From Octopus bimaculoides (lineage: Eukaryota): a stretch of 64,000 bases of DNA. Positions 24,541 through 36,346 of the stretch are shown here, piece by piece. The stretch spans positions 77,025,573 through 77,089,572 of the forward strand of contig NC_068982.1 in NCBI RefSeq assembly GCF_001194135.2, read 5' to 3'. The notes under the pieces were generated by a model. The model saw only the letters and a program-made list of their open reading frames with translations. It did no database searches and was not told where the DNA came from. The number at the start of each line of letters is the position of its first letter. Within the stretch, counting starts at the first letter, position 1. The position numbers were made by a program, and so were the translations under genes.

Positions 24541-27500
24541 CATATCTGCTATACAGGAAATCTACAATGGCTCCATAACTACCATCTCGGCTATAACCCT
24601 GGAGCCTGCATAATCTGTTACAGCACTTACCTAGTGTACCTAGTCGTTTAGATAGCCTGTGAACTAAATCCCCATATTTTGTTTTTACATATATATATAT
24701 AAAACAGGCTTCTTTCAGTTTTCACATACTAAATCCACTCAAAAGGCTCTGGTCAGCCCAAAGCTACAGTAGAAGACACTTGCCTAAGGTGCTACTCAGT
24801 AGGACTGAACCCAGAACCATGGGATTGGGAAGCAAACTTCTTACCATACAGCCATACCTGCACCTAAAAATATGGAGCCCTTCACGAATTTGGATGTCAT
24901 CTTGATACAGGAGCCACGCTAAAATGTGTGTGTACACACAACTGTTAGGATCTCTAGCACCACTTATATAGAAATACAACTGTTAATTCCTCTGCTTTAC
25001 TAGTTTGGGATTGGCTTAGATTTTGTTTACTTTTGTGTTGAATTATTTTTATTGATCTTCATGCTTATTTAAGCATTAACTTTATCTAAATTTACTACTT
25101 GTTCTTTGATAATATTAAAGCAAAAAATTAGTACTTTATTGAAGTCCCACAATTCATATTTAACCACTTCCATATTTGGGCACAAGTAGGAACTGTGCAT
25201 TTGTATTGTATGTACTTAACAGCTACTCCTAAGTGTTTATCATACAGCTGTTCCAGCATTCTTGTTTGTGACAATGATGAGAGATTGTTCAGTTTGTTCA
25301 AATCATTTTCTAGTGACTGCTTATGACTCATTTTGTAATACTTAGTAAAACAAGATCTTTCAAAATATATTGTTTCATTTAGCAAATTGTATTTACAACA
25401 TATTTAAAAGAAAAATACTTCTTGGTCTCAAAAACAATGTCCACCACACTCCTCCTCCTCATCCAGCTTTTTTAAAAGCAGGAAGCAGTGTCATATGAAA
25501 TAGTATCATTGTTGGCAATCCAATAATTGCATTGTTCACAAAAACTAGCTGTATCTAGTTTTCACAAGTTGCTCTATTTAATTTTTACTAATTACAAACA
25601 CAATTGTTTGAGGGAAGAAAATAAATAAATACAATCTATAAAAAGAAAAAAAAAAGGCTAGTGGAGCTTCTCATCAAACCAACCATCCTTCTCTCACTCA
25701 TATCATCATTTAACATTCTTGTCTTATGCTGGAATGGTTTCAGTGGCTGGATGCCCTTCCTAGCACTACATTACAGCATGTACTCAGTGCTTCTCTCAGC
25801 ATTGATAAGATTGCCATGCAGCTTGCAAGACAACAAACTTCAAGAGAAGTGGCGTTATGTTAGATAAAGGGTTAAAGTATAAGAGAAAGAACCAGAGCAG
25901 AGCAAGTTTCTTGCTGTAGGGAGGGCCACATAGCTACTCACATTTTAGTGAAGGTGGGATCAGGGTGGAGTGTGGAAGATATAAAAGTAATGATGATGAG
26001 CTATTTGTCAACCCTTAAGGTAAACCCATGGTAAATTGAAGTGAATAGGGACTGAAGAACTGGAAATTTGGATGGGTGGAGGTTGCAAGTGTGTATGAGA
26101 GGGTGAGAGATGGGAATGGGGGAGGCAGTGAATGAAGAACAAATGTTGACTGTATAAGTAGGGGAGCCAGGGAAGAGTAGGTGACAACTGCAGAGATTGA
26201 ATTGAGTTATGGGGTGAATGTAATGAATGGTGGATAAGGGATGACGTTTATGGGAGCAAAGAGCAGCAGAATAGTCATGTTGATATTGTGGACAGATGAA
26301 AGGTAGAGAGAAGGATGAGTGATTGAGTAGGCTGCAAAAGTGTAAGGGGAGAGAAGGGTAGGTGTAGTGCATGGGGGAATATTGAGAGATGTGTGATTGT
26401 AGAAAAGGTGAAATGATTTGGTAGCAGGGAAGATGCAATGTAAAATGTAGGCAGAGGACAGTATGAAGGATAGTGAAAAAGATTGGTAGTATCAAGGAAA
26501 ATCTGCAGCTAGAGAAATGACTGGTGGTGGGAGTGTCTTGGAGATGAAACTGGGCAAAGTTCTGCTTATATCTCTCAATATAAAAGTATATCCTTAATTT
26601 CTCTGGGGAATGTTATGTACTTACATTGTGAAACTTGTTTAGTAATAAAGTTAAAGGGTTTGGTCTATCTAGAAATGGATGTGTAATGTATTGTAAACTT
26701 ACAAGAGGATAAGCTAAATGAAGATTAGCCAAATGGATATTTTGAAGTAATCAGAGGTATCAAGTGTTGCACTTAACCACATTGGAGTTGAATCTACAGG
26801 AACAGATAAGTAGATGAGTTAGCTAGTGTGTGTAACTGGTAAATGTTTCAAATAAAATCTGGTATTAGTAACCAAGAATGTGAAGAAATGAGAAACTGCC
26901 TACTAATATAATTATATTGAAATATTTCTCATCAGTCCTGTCAGAGAAATCCCTAGCATGAGCAAGTCTGAGGGACTGTCTCTATCACATCATCTCACCA
27001 TTTGTTATAAGCTTTTATCATCTCTTTCATAAGGTCCAGCCTCCTTGAGATCAGCTTTCACCATTTCTTCTCATGACTTCCTCTTCATGTTGCTTCCATT
27101 TGGATTACATCATACTTCATTTATCACTCATCCTCCTAATGCTTAGTTATGAAGCTTGCTCCACAACCACATAGTTTCAGGTTCAGTTCTATTGTGCAAC
27201 ATATTGGGCAAGTGTCTTCCATTGTAGCTGCATACCAACCAAAGCCTTGTGAATGGATTTGGTAGACGGAAACTGAAAGAAGCCTGTCAAGTGTGTGTAT
27301 AATTTTAACATCCCCTTTTCCTTGCTTGCATGGCTCAGACAGAATTTGTTGAGGCAGATTTTCTACAGCCAGTTGCCCTTCCTATTGCCAACCTTCACCT
27401 GTTTATGAGAAAGTTATTTCCCCCATGGCCAAATATTTTCATAGGATTGAAAAAGAATGGCGCCATTTGATGGTATTGCTCTTTTACAACTTATTACAGT

Positions 27501-28304
27501 GTTAAGACAAGGACACACATGTATGTGTGTGTGTTTGCCTTCTTGATATTGCATGCTAGTTGTAATTGAACATCACCATCATACAAGCATGTCATTTGTT
27601 TGTAATCTTCCATGAAATGTCTGGCCAGTATGCTGTTCATATTTGAATCTTTTAAGTGCATTTGATTTTGATAATGCTCACGAGTGGTGGGGGGGAGGTA
27701 ATCAGAAGAGAATGAGAGCTGTTAACACATCTTAGTCATTTACTGGAAGCTGGAGTTTCACTCTGTTACTGATTCATCTTACTAGGCATCTGTTGCGTAA
27801 CTCAAAATCTTAGTTGGTTCAAATTACCACCTAATCTTTAACAAGGTCAAGATCTAAGATATCTTTCTTTTTTAACACCTGGCATAATTTTCCTGCTAAA
27901 TAAAAATCTCGAATTTTATTATAGGAAAGGCAAAGATATTCAATAAGGCTACTTAACCTACAAAATATATTTATAATCAGGAAGGGAAAAATCAAGTAAT
28001 TAACTAATGCGTGAGACGATTTACATATTTGTCTTGTAAACAAAAGCATAAATTTCCATCAGTGTGATCAATAAATAATATATTTTAGATAGTGACTTTT
28101 TATTTAGTTCAATATTTTTGCTTGATCACTATCATGCTTATTGATAATTGCAACCTCTTGGTAGGTGGTGATGATGGTACTTTGATTAATTAGATGATAA
28201 TTTATATCCCTTTTTTTTCTTTCTTGATTGTTTAGCAGCAAATTAACTATTTTCTTTATCGTTTTTTTCTTAATTTTCAATAACAATATTTAATTTCACT
28301 GCAG

Positions 28305-28322
28305 ACTGTCATGGAATTTAAG
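28305..28322 (+). other. Candidate 18-nt symmetric (phase 2-2) microexon
   Basis: Acceptor ...tttaatttcactgcAG, exon ACTGTCATGGAATTTAAG, donor GTATGT. No AG for about 64 nt upstream of the acceptor. The phase-2 reading (x-LSWNL-S/R) is open and compatible with the MOB1 exon. Confidence 0.3.
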
Positions 28323-28860
28323 GTATGTTTCATTCGTAAGAAAGTTAATTTGTTGCTTCTCTAAACCTGTATATATGTCATCCTATCATATTACAAATTA
28401 GTTTTACATTACTAGCATTATGATCTTTAATTTATTTAATTGGGTTTAAATGCTTACAGATAATTAATTGCCAATACCTTAAACATATTAAAACTATCTT
28501 GGTAAATACATCTGAGTTCCATAATTATTCTTACATAAGTAGAGCTGATTTTGTCCTCACAAGTTTCCTAATTAAACTTGTATAGAGTCACTGTGGGAAT
28601 AGTAATTAAAATTAACTACATTTTAAATTTTAAATAATTTTTATAGAATGAATTAGCTACTTTCAGAGTTTTTTTTCTTTAAAAAAAGTCTGTATTTTTT
28701 TTTATTCTTCTTTTATTGATCTGCGTGTTGGAAGTTGAGTTCTTTCTTTGCAGTAAACTATTAAATAGAAAACGATAACAACATACTTAGTCCTAACATG
28801 TTTATTTTTGAACTATTGATTAATTGGTATTTATTTATTTTTTAGCATCAATATTTCTGT

Positions 28861-28880
28861 TATAAATGTAGCTTGGCAAC
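28861..28880 (+). promoter_or_regulatory. TATAAA adjacent to an RFX X-box-like site
   Basis: TATAAA at 28861-28866. GTAGCT-T-GGCAAC at 28868-28880 resembles GTNRCC(N0-3)RGYAAC. About 0.9 kb upstream of the candidate MOB1 first exon. Confidence 0.25.
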
Positions 28881-29251
28881 CGGTACCAGATTGCCAGTGA
28901 AATTGTTTGCATATATGATCTACTGCACCAGGTGTGTGGTTCCTGTTATTGGAGCTTTTAGGTTGGTGTGTGCGTGTTGAACAGAAAACTAGCTGCAAAC
29001 AACTGGCTTGCTGTCAGTTAGTCTGGCTGGTTTATTATGAACACCAATCCAAAGCCTGGATTTGTTGTCTGGAAACCGGCTTGTCTCTCTCGCTATCAGC
29101 TTCTTGATAAATTTTCTGCCTTGATCAAACTTTAGCAGCATCTTTCATGTAATTCACCACACCAAGACCATACTGGTGTTAATCCAATGGAAATGCTACT
29201 ACACCAAATGTTTTCTGCCTTTATTAGTTTTATTTTTATATAAATCCATCC

Positions 29252-29306
<55 letters not shown>

Positions 29307-29801
29307 TGATTAGTGTCACTTCTCTCTTTATTAGTAACTTTTTTTTTATTCTCATACACAGGCCATATTTCCTCTTGCTGGTTGTCCTGTCCTCACTATT
29401 CCTCTATTAGCTTCTCTCTCTCTCTCTCTTTCTCTCATTTCTTTTATTCAACTAGCACTGGTCACACAAACCTGTTAGCAGTAATAACAATAATAATCAT
29501 CGTCTAAATATATCTATTTGCGATTATCCATCCCTTCCCTTCCTTACTTCATAGTTCAATAACAGCAAGTTTTTTTTTTTTACTTCCTTCGCACTGTTTT
29601 CTTCTAAATTTCTATTTCTTTTTTTTTTTTAAACACTACCACTGCAACTACGCCCTCCTCCCCCTTATCACCACCACTTCCATCATCACCATCCTCACCC
29701 TGCCACCATCACTTCCCATCGTGGTGGGATTACTCATGCCTGTGTTTCTGGCTTCCTTGTTTAGTATGGGCTGAATTGGAGTGAATAAGGAACACACCAT
29801 A

Positions 29802-29848
29802 ATGGACTGGTTAAAAGATCATGTACCTCTGTTAGCAATCAAAGCAAG
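29802..29848 (+). CDS. MOB1: Candidate (alternative) first coding exon of MOB1: MDWLKDHVPLLAIKA-S
   Basis: ATG in strong Kozak context (ataATGg), in-frame TGA upstream at 29772-29774, 15 codons plus AG, then donor AG|GTAGGT. Phase 2 joins in frame to the 60485 exon. Lies in about 1 kb of non-SINE sequence. No transcript evidence available. Confidence 0.5.
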
Positions 29849-31369
29849 GTAGGTTGTTTGATTGTTGGATGTTTCTTTTTTTTTTTTAGTTTGCTTCTCC
29901 TGCAACATTTTTACCTCTTGTCCAAACGTGTCTTTAGAAAGCCATTGTGTGCAGCTATTTTTTTTTTTTTTTTTTTTTTTNNNNNNNNNNGTCATGTCAT
30001 AGTCCACTACAATATATATATATATACATACACACACACACATTCATTACATGTTGGAGTACATATCTGTGAAAGCACTGCTAGTCTCCCACGTTAGGTC
30101 AGAGAGTGTTAAACAGTCACAAAACTACACATTTTACGTTGTATGTATATGTATGTCTATTTTGTTTGCACTCAGCTCGCTGTCAGTCACTGCAATCATT
30201 GTCTTACTCTTCACTTTCCCATAACCCCCACTTGAGGAGTTAGGTAAGCTTTATTACATAGATGGCATTTTCCATGTGTTTTCATGTGTGTCTTGATTCT
30301 GTGATTACTTCATATGTGAGGCACAACATGTTCAGATCTAATATAAGTCGTTCTAAGTTTTCTGTGGTGTGTTCCGACTATAGGATTGTCAGTGAACTCA
30401 CAACACATACCTACAACCCTAATATTTACATACATACTTTATTTTGGTTGAGTCAGTCCCTTGCTACTCTGAATCTCACCTCCGGACACACAGGGTTTTC
30501 AAGCAAGTGATGACTGAAGAAATGATGCACCCACGGGCAAAACAGAGTAGCAGGAGACTGGCTCAACCAAAATAACATATAATTTCTACCATGGCATCAA
30601 CTAACTCTTTTTCAGATAATCAACACTAAATGAATGTGTATGGGTGCGTGCATGTATATATATGCACGTGTGTGTCTATGTGCGTGCGTGTATCTCTATG
30701 TGCGTGCGTGTGTCTGTCTGTCTGTATATATGTGTGCACATGTATATATGTGTGTAAATACACACATATACACAGGCTGCATTACAAAAGTATTGTTTTC
30801 TTAAATCTATCACTTGTGTGAAGAATATTTAAATTCAATTTCATGATACATGTATATGGATACTTAGATGATTTCCTTATCCAGATTCATAGGGGTTCTG
30901 TTTCCTGAATGAATTTAAATGACAAAGACTTTCTTCCCTCATTGAATGTCCATCTTTTTGAAATTTAAAATCTTAAAATAACATGTCAGATTTATTGCTG
31001 TTATTTGGTGGAATTCTTCACCACCTCTTCAGCATCAGCATCATCATCATCTGTAGTTGACTAAGCATCAGTTTATTTTTGTCCCTTAGAAAATTTGAAA
31101 CTAGAACAACAACACTATATGTAATGAGGCAAGTTATTTAGTTCGCATTCAACTATTTCTGCTAATGTGCTTATGAACCACATAAGTAGTTTACCCATCC
31201 CTTGCTAGAAATACTAACCAAAAACGCATGCTTGCGTGTGCGCGCGCACATACACATACATACTATGTGAGAAGGGTGGTGTTCTCTTAAATCTATCACA
31301 TGTGTGAATATTTAATTTCAAGATAAATCTCCTGGTTCCATCCCTGAGTAGCTCTCTCTCTCTCTCTCT

Positions 31370-31406
<37 letters not shown>

Positions 31407-31900
31407 CATCTGTTTGAAATTTTTTCATCTTTCATTCCTCTCCACCTTTTATCAACAGAGCTCCTTTCTCTGAGTTACTCCTTTCTCCGGTCTGCAACCT
31501 GTTGCAGTTTAGACAAGAGGATTACCAGAAAACACTGTCACTAACTTAACTCTTCTTGCCTGCCTCATTTCGCTCCTCTTGTATTTTTCCAGATACATAT
31601 CGGCTCTCTTCCTCCCTACCTCCCTCCTTCTCTCTCTCTCACACACACAACAGATCCCTACTTTTTCCATATAAATTTTCATGTACATGGTTTAACATCC
31701 TTGTTATTAGGCAAATTCAAAATAAAAATTTATCCTTATCTCTGCATTGTTGCCCCTTTATCTGTCCCCTTTTTTTCACATTGCATTTCTCTCTCTGTGT
31801 CTGTCTCTCTCTCTCTCTCTCTCTCCTATTTGCTGTCCTTCTGTATCTGACAATGTCTCCATCTATTTGTTTCCCTCTCCGAATTTATATCTTCTTCATC

Positions 31901-31947
<47 letters not shown>

Positions 31948-34900
31948 CTCTGAGAGAGACAGGTTTAGGAAATCTAGTCAAGTACTTCAGTCAGCACTCC
32001 ATACAAAATCCAAGCTAATAGAATGTATAGGAAGGGAAATTTAGAATTAGTGTTCATTTAATCTGGATGAAGATATATGTATACATCCTTATCATCAATA
32101 TATACAATACACACGCACGCACGCACACACACACACACACACATAATCATTCTCACCCACTGTTGTATTATTTTCTTACTACTTCTCTCTCTTTTCTTCA
32201 TGCTGCAGTTCTGTGTGTCTCCCTTCTTTAAGGCTTACGTATGCCCCTTCTATGAACATACTAGATGTGTATTAGTTGAAAAGGAAATGGATACAAATCT
32301 GATTTAAAAGATATGGGAATTTACATAATATGGTGTTATTTTTATCCACATATATACCTTCAAAAACTATTTTAAGTTATATATGTTGTAATTTATCCTC
32401 CAGGTCTAGCGCTATGATTGAGCAAGCTTATGATCAAAAGCATTCCAACCATGACCATCCTCTCTTTATTCTTGGTGCGATGCACCTTAAAAACCTCATT
32501 GTTCTATGTACTGTTTGTTATAAGGTGATAAAGTATGATTCTGGGGAGATTTTGACTGCTATTTCTAGCAGTTAGCATGTTAAAGGCTTCTTTGTTGGCT
32601 TGTGTGTATGTGTATATTCATTTACCGATGTGTACGTATGTATGTAGACCAGGTTGCAATTAGTGCAACCAAAATTTTGATGTCAAACAATGTTTAAGTG
32701 AAGTTAAGTCTTTGTGTGTTTTTGAATGGCTAAAATGTATCATCCACGCTGTAAACTAGTAATGTTATGTAGCAATGCTATCACCTTCAAAGCATGACTT
32801 AGTATTATTAGTTGACAGATTCCCAGTAAAAAAAACTGCTTTTTGTATGTTCTTTCATTATGGTCCTTGTCATTGATTCATTATAATGAAGTTGTACTAC
32901 CCCTCATATCATGGTATTCTCTTTCTTTCTCTCTTCCTGTTTTCAAAGTTGAAAAAAAAACATAATCATTTCTTGCCTTTGTATTCATATGACTGTTTGA
33001 CTGTTTTATCATTTCAGCTCCATGAACAACATGGCCCAACTGTTTAAGTACATTTTGATAAATTACTCATCCTTGTTGAAGAGGGGNNNNNNNNNNGGGG
33101 GGGGGGGTTTGGTTTTTCTCTTCATGTGTTTTTCTCTTTAAAACTTGGTCACTTTCTCCAATGATCTCCAACTGCTGCTTTAATATTTCTGAAGAGTAAT
33201 TTTCAACCACTAACAGTCAGGGCTTGTATGTACCCACTTTAGACTTCAAGGAGGTTTTTGTTACATACATAAGTAATTCTTCACTCTTAAAATTTTCAAA
33301 GTTTTTTTTTAATATGTTTTTTTCTTTGTGTGTGTCAGTTTATTGTAGCAGATGTTCAGCTCCAGGACAGTCCTAATCAAGCAGATCCATAATCAAAGAT
33401 ATTCCAACAGTGACCATCCCCTCTTTTTCTTTTGTGCAGGAAACACAGAAACCACAATATCTAATTTGTTTTTGTAAGTCATGGCTGTGTGATAAGAAGT
33501 ATCCCAACCATATGATTCCAGGTTCAGCCACACTGCATGGCACATTAGGCAAGTGTCTTCTACTATAGCCCAAGGCCAGTTAAAGCCTTGTGAGTGAATT
33601 TGATGGACAGGAACTGAAAGGATTCCCTGTTTGTGTTTGTCTCCTGATCTTGACATTGCATGATGATCATCATCATCGTTTAACGTCCGCCTTCCATGCT
33701 CCAATCTGGTGTAGCCATCTGGTTCGCCAGTCCTCAGTCAAATCGTTCAACCCATGCTTTGTAAATAAGTGGTGCCCAATCATTTCCAATGTCCAATGGA
33801 AACATCTGGTTATGGGGAAATGGATAAGGGTTGGTGACAGGAAGCAAAGCCAGCCATAGAAAATCCGCTTCAACAAATTTCCATCTATCCCATTCAAACA
33901 TTGAAATGTGGACATTAAAACAATAATGATAACATGTAAGGCTTGGTTTGAGGGAGATTTCACTGGTATTTCTAATAGGTTGAGCTCCATCATTGGTTCA
34001 ATATTGTGTAAGGTAGGGTTTACATGCAGTTAAAAATGTCCCTGTTAAATGTGACATTGTTATAAAAATGCCTGAAATGTATTTGTTTCAGACAAAAATT
34101 GAAAGATGTGGTTTGAAATCCATTGTAAATCCAATTAATTCAAGGTTTGGGAATTAATTCAGGGAACGTGATATTCTTTTAATGAATACAATGTTGGCAA
34201 ATATAGGGTATTAGCAACCTTTATTGTTCTAATACCTTGTTCATTGTTCTAAATTTATAGAACAATGTGTGCCATTTATAAACATACATAACATATAACC
34301 ATTCACTCAGTCATTCAATTGCTTTTCATTATTTTGCTCATGTACATGTAGCCTGGCTTCAAAGTTCTGTGTTGCATGTACTGTCTTGAGATATTACTAT
34401 AATTTCTTGACAAGCGTTGCTGTGTGTTTAGAAGCTTACCTTACAACCATGTGGTTTCGGGTTCAATTCCACTTCATGGAAACTTGGAAAGTGACTTCTT
34501 CTTTGACCTTGGGCCAACCAATGCCTTGTAAATGAATTTGGTAGATGAAAACTGAGTGGAAGGTTGTCGTGTATGTTTGTCTTTGTATTTGTTCATGCAT
34601 CACTTGACAATCACTCTTGGTTTGTTTACATCCCTGTAACTTTGTCATTCAGCGAAAGAGACTAATAGAATAAGTATTGGGGTCAATTTGTTTGACTTAA
34701 TTCATCAAGGCAGTGCCCCATTTTGGCCACAGTCTAATGACTAAAACAAGTAAAAGATAAAATAAATAACAGCTTTTACTTCATCTGGTGTGCAGCATTT
34801 ATTGATGAGCACATTCTCTTTGTGATAGCCCAAAGGAAATACAAACCAAAAGGTCAGATGATCAAACAGATCATGGCATGTCACAGTGATGGAAATTGAA

Positions 34901-35264
34901 TGATGTGCTTAGTAAATATTTCTTTAATAGTTTATGAAACATGGTTTTGATAAGATAGAGTGACTACTCATACAGCAACAGCTTCTATGAACATTTACAG
35001 AAATGTTTGGTGGTGGAGCTCATTTACATCCATCACATAATGTCCTGGCAAGGATATATACACACACACACATGCACACATATATACTCAACAAGCTTCT
35101 TCTAGTTTCCATTTTCCAGATCCACTCACGAGGCTTTGGTCAGCTCAAGGCTATAGAAGAAAACACTTGCCCAAGTTGCTGCACAATAGGACTAAACCCA
35201 AGACTGCATGGTTGAGAAGCAAGCTTTTCAACCATACAGCCATACCTGGCACTTGCTCCATTGA

Positions 35265-35575
35265 TTATGACAACAAGGGTTCCAATTGATCCAATCAACA
35301 GAACAGCCTGCTCGTGAAATTAATGTGCAAGTGGTTGAGTATTCTGCAGATATGTGTACCCTTAACATAGTTCTCAGGGAAATTCAGTGTGACACAGAAT
35401 GTGACAAGAATGGCCTTTTGAAATACAGGTGCTACCAATTTTTGGCAGCTGAGTGAACTGGAGCAACATGAAATAAAGTGTCTTGCTCAAAGACACAACA
35501 TGCTGCCAGGAATCAAACACATGACCTTACAATCATGAACTGAGTACTCAAACCACTAAGCCGCATGCTGTCACA
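35265..35575 (-). mobile_element. tRNA-derived SINE with Meta/CORE-like domain
   Basis: Reverse complement reads ggcttagtggtt..tgattcc..ttgtgtctttgagcaagacactttatttcatgttgctccagttcactcagctg. Other copies 60-260, 47330-47545, 62770-63095. Confidence 0.7.
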
Positions 35576-35890
35576 AACACAAAATCACAAATCCACAAGC
35601 ACAAACCCAAACTCGCTCATGTAAACATACATAAATACTTTTCTATTCCTGTTGTCATATTCTCAGATATCTTCTTGGAATCTCTTAACCAGCTATCATC
35701 ATCATTTATGAAATAATCACTGTGTTGTGTGATTGTGATAATTTGCAGCCAATTCTATAAATTATGTAGGGTCTAACTTTTTGTCCACCTGAATGTAATT
35801 GACTTACCCCTCCCCTAAAATTGCTGGCCTTGTACCAAAATTTGAAACCATTTTTATTATCATCATAGTATTCTTTGTATCTCTCTAAAG

Positions 35891-36161
35891 CAGTGTTTCT
35901 TAAACTATGGGTCACAACCCCAAATGGGATCACGAAAATTAAATTCAAACACTTGAATTTCAGTTTTTATGTTATTTCACAAATACACAAATCCTAAAGC
36001 TACTTTTATTTTGACAAATAATATAACTACTTTTTTTCAGCAAAAATAATACATGATTTATGTATTTATTTGTATGTTTTATTTCATATCTAATACCTGG
36101 GATTGCGAAAAATCTTGTGATGAAAAATGGGTCATAAATGAAAAAAGTTTGAGAAGCACTG
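35891..36161. mobile_element. hAT-family MITE (271 bp)
   Basis: TIRs CAGTGTTTCTTAAAC and GTTTGAGAAGCACTG. Perfect 8-bp TSD CTCTAAAG at 35883-35890 and 36162-36169. Confidence 0.92.
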
Positions 36162-36300
36162 CTCTAAAGCAACAAGTCATGCAATCAATAGTTCACTGTT
36201 TATTTTGTAACCTCTTAGTCTAGTCTTCTTCCATTTCTGTCCGTCTTTCATGAGAGGATATATTTTTGTACAGTAGCTTCAGACAAAAAAAAAAAAAATG

Positions 36301-36346
<46 letters not shown>

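Noticed and set aside
26900-26945. Minus-strand CTGATGA followed by hairpin GAAATATTTC
   Set aside because: No GAAA core after stem II and no stem I partner; not a hammerhead.
28785-28799. Minus-strand ATG TTA GGA CTA A|GTATGT suggesting a divergent gene
   Set aside because: No downstream minus-strand coding exons recognisable in 1-28.7 kb.
30181-30249. Strong donor TAG|GTAAGC at 30244
   Set aside because: The phase-2 frame has a TGA just upstream and there is no clear acceptor or ATG. At most a non-coding exon.
33440-33473. 34-nt AG..GT segment reading NTETTISNLFF, phase-compatible with MOB1 and reminiscent of MSFLF
   Set aside because: No ATG, the acceptor derives from a SINE T-tract, the exonic side of the donor is weak (TTT|GT), and it is not frame-symmetric.
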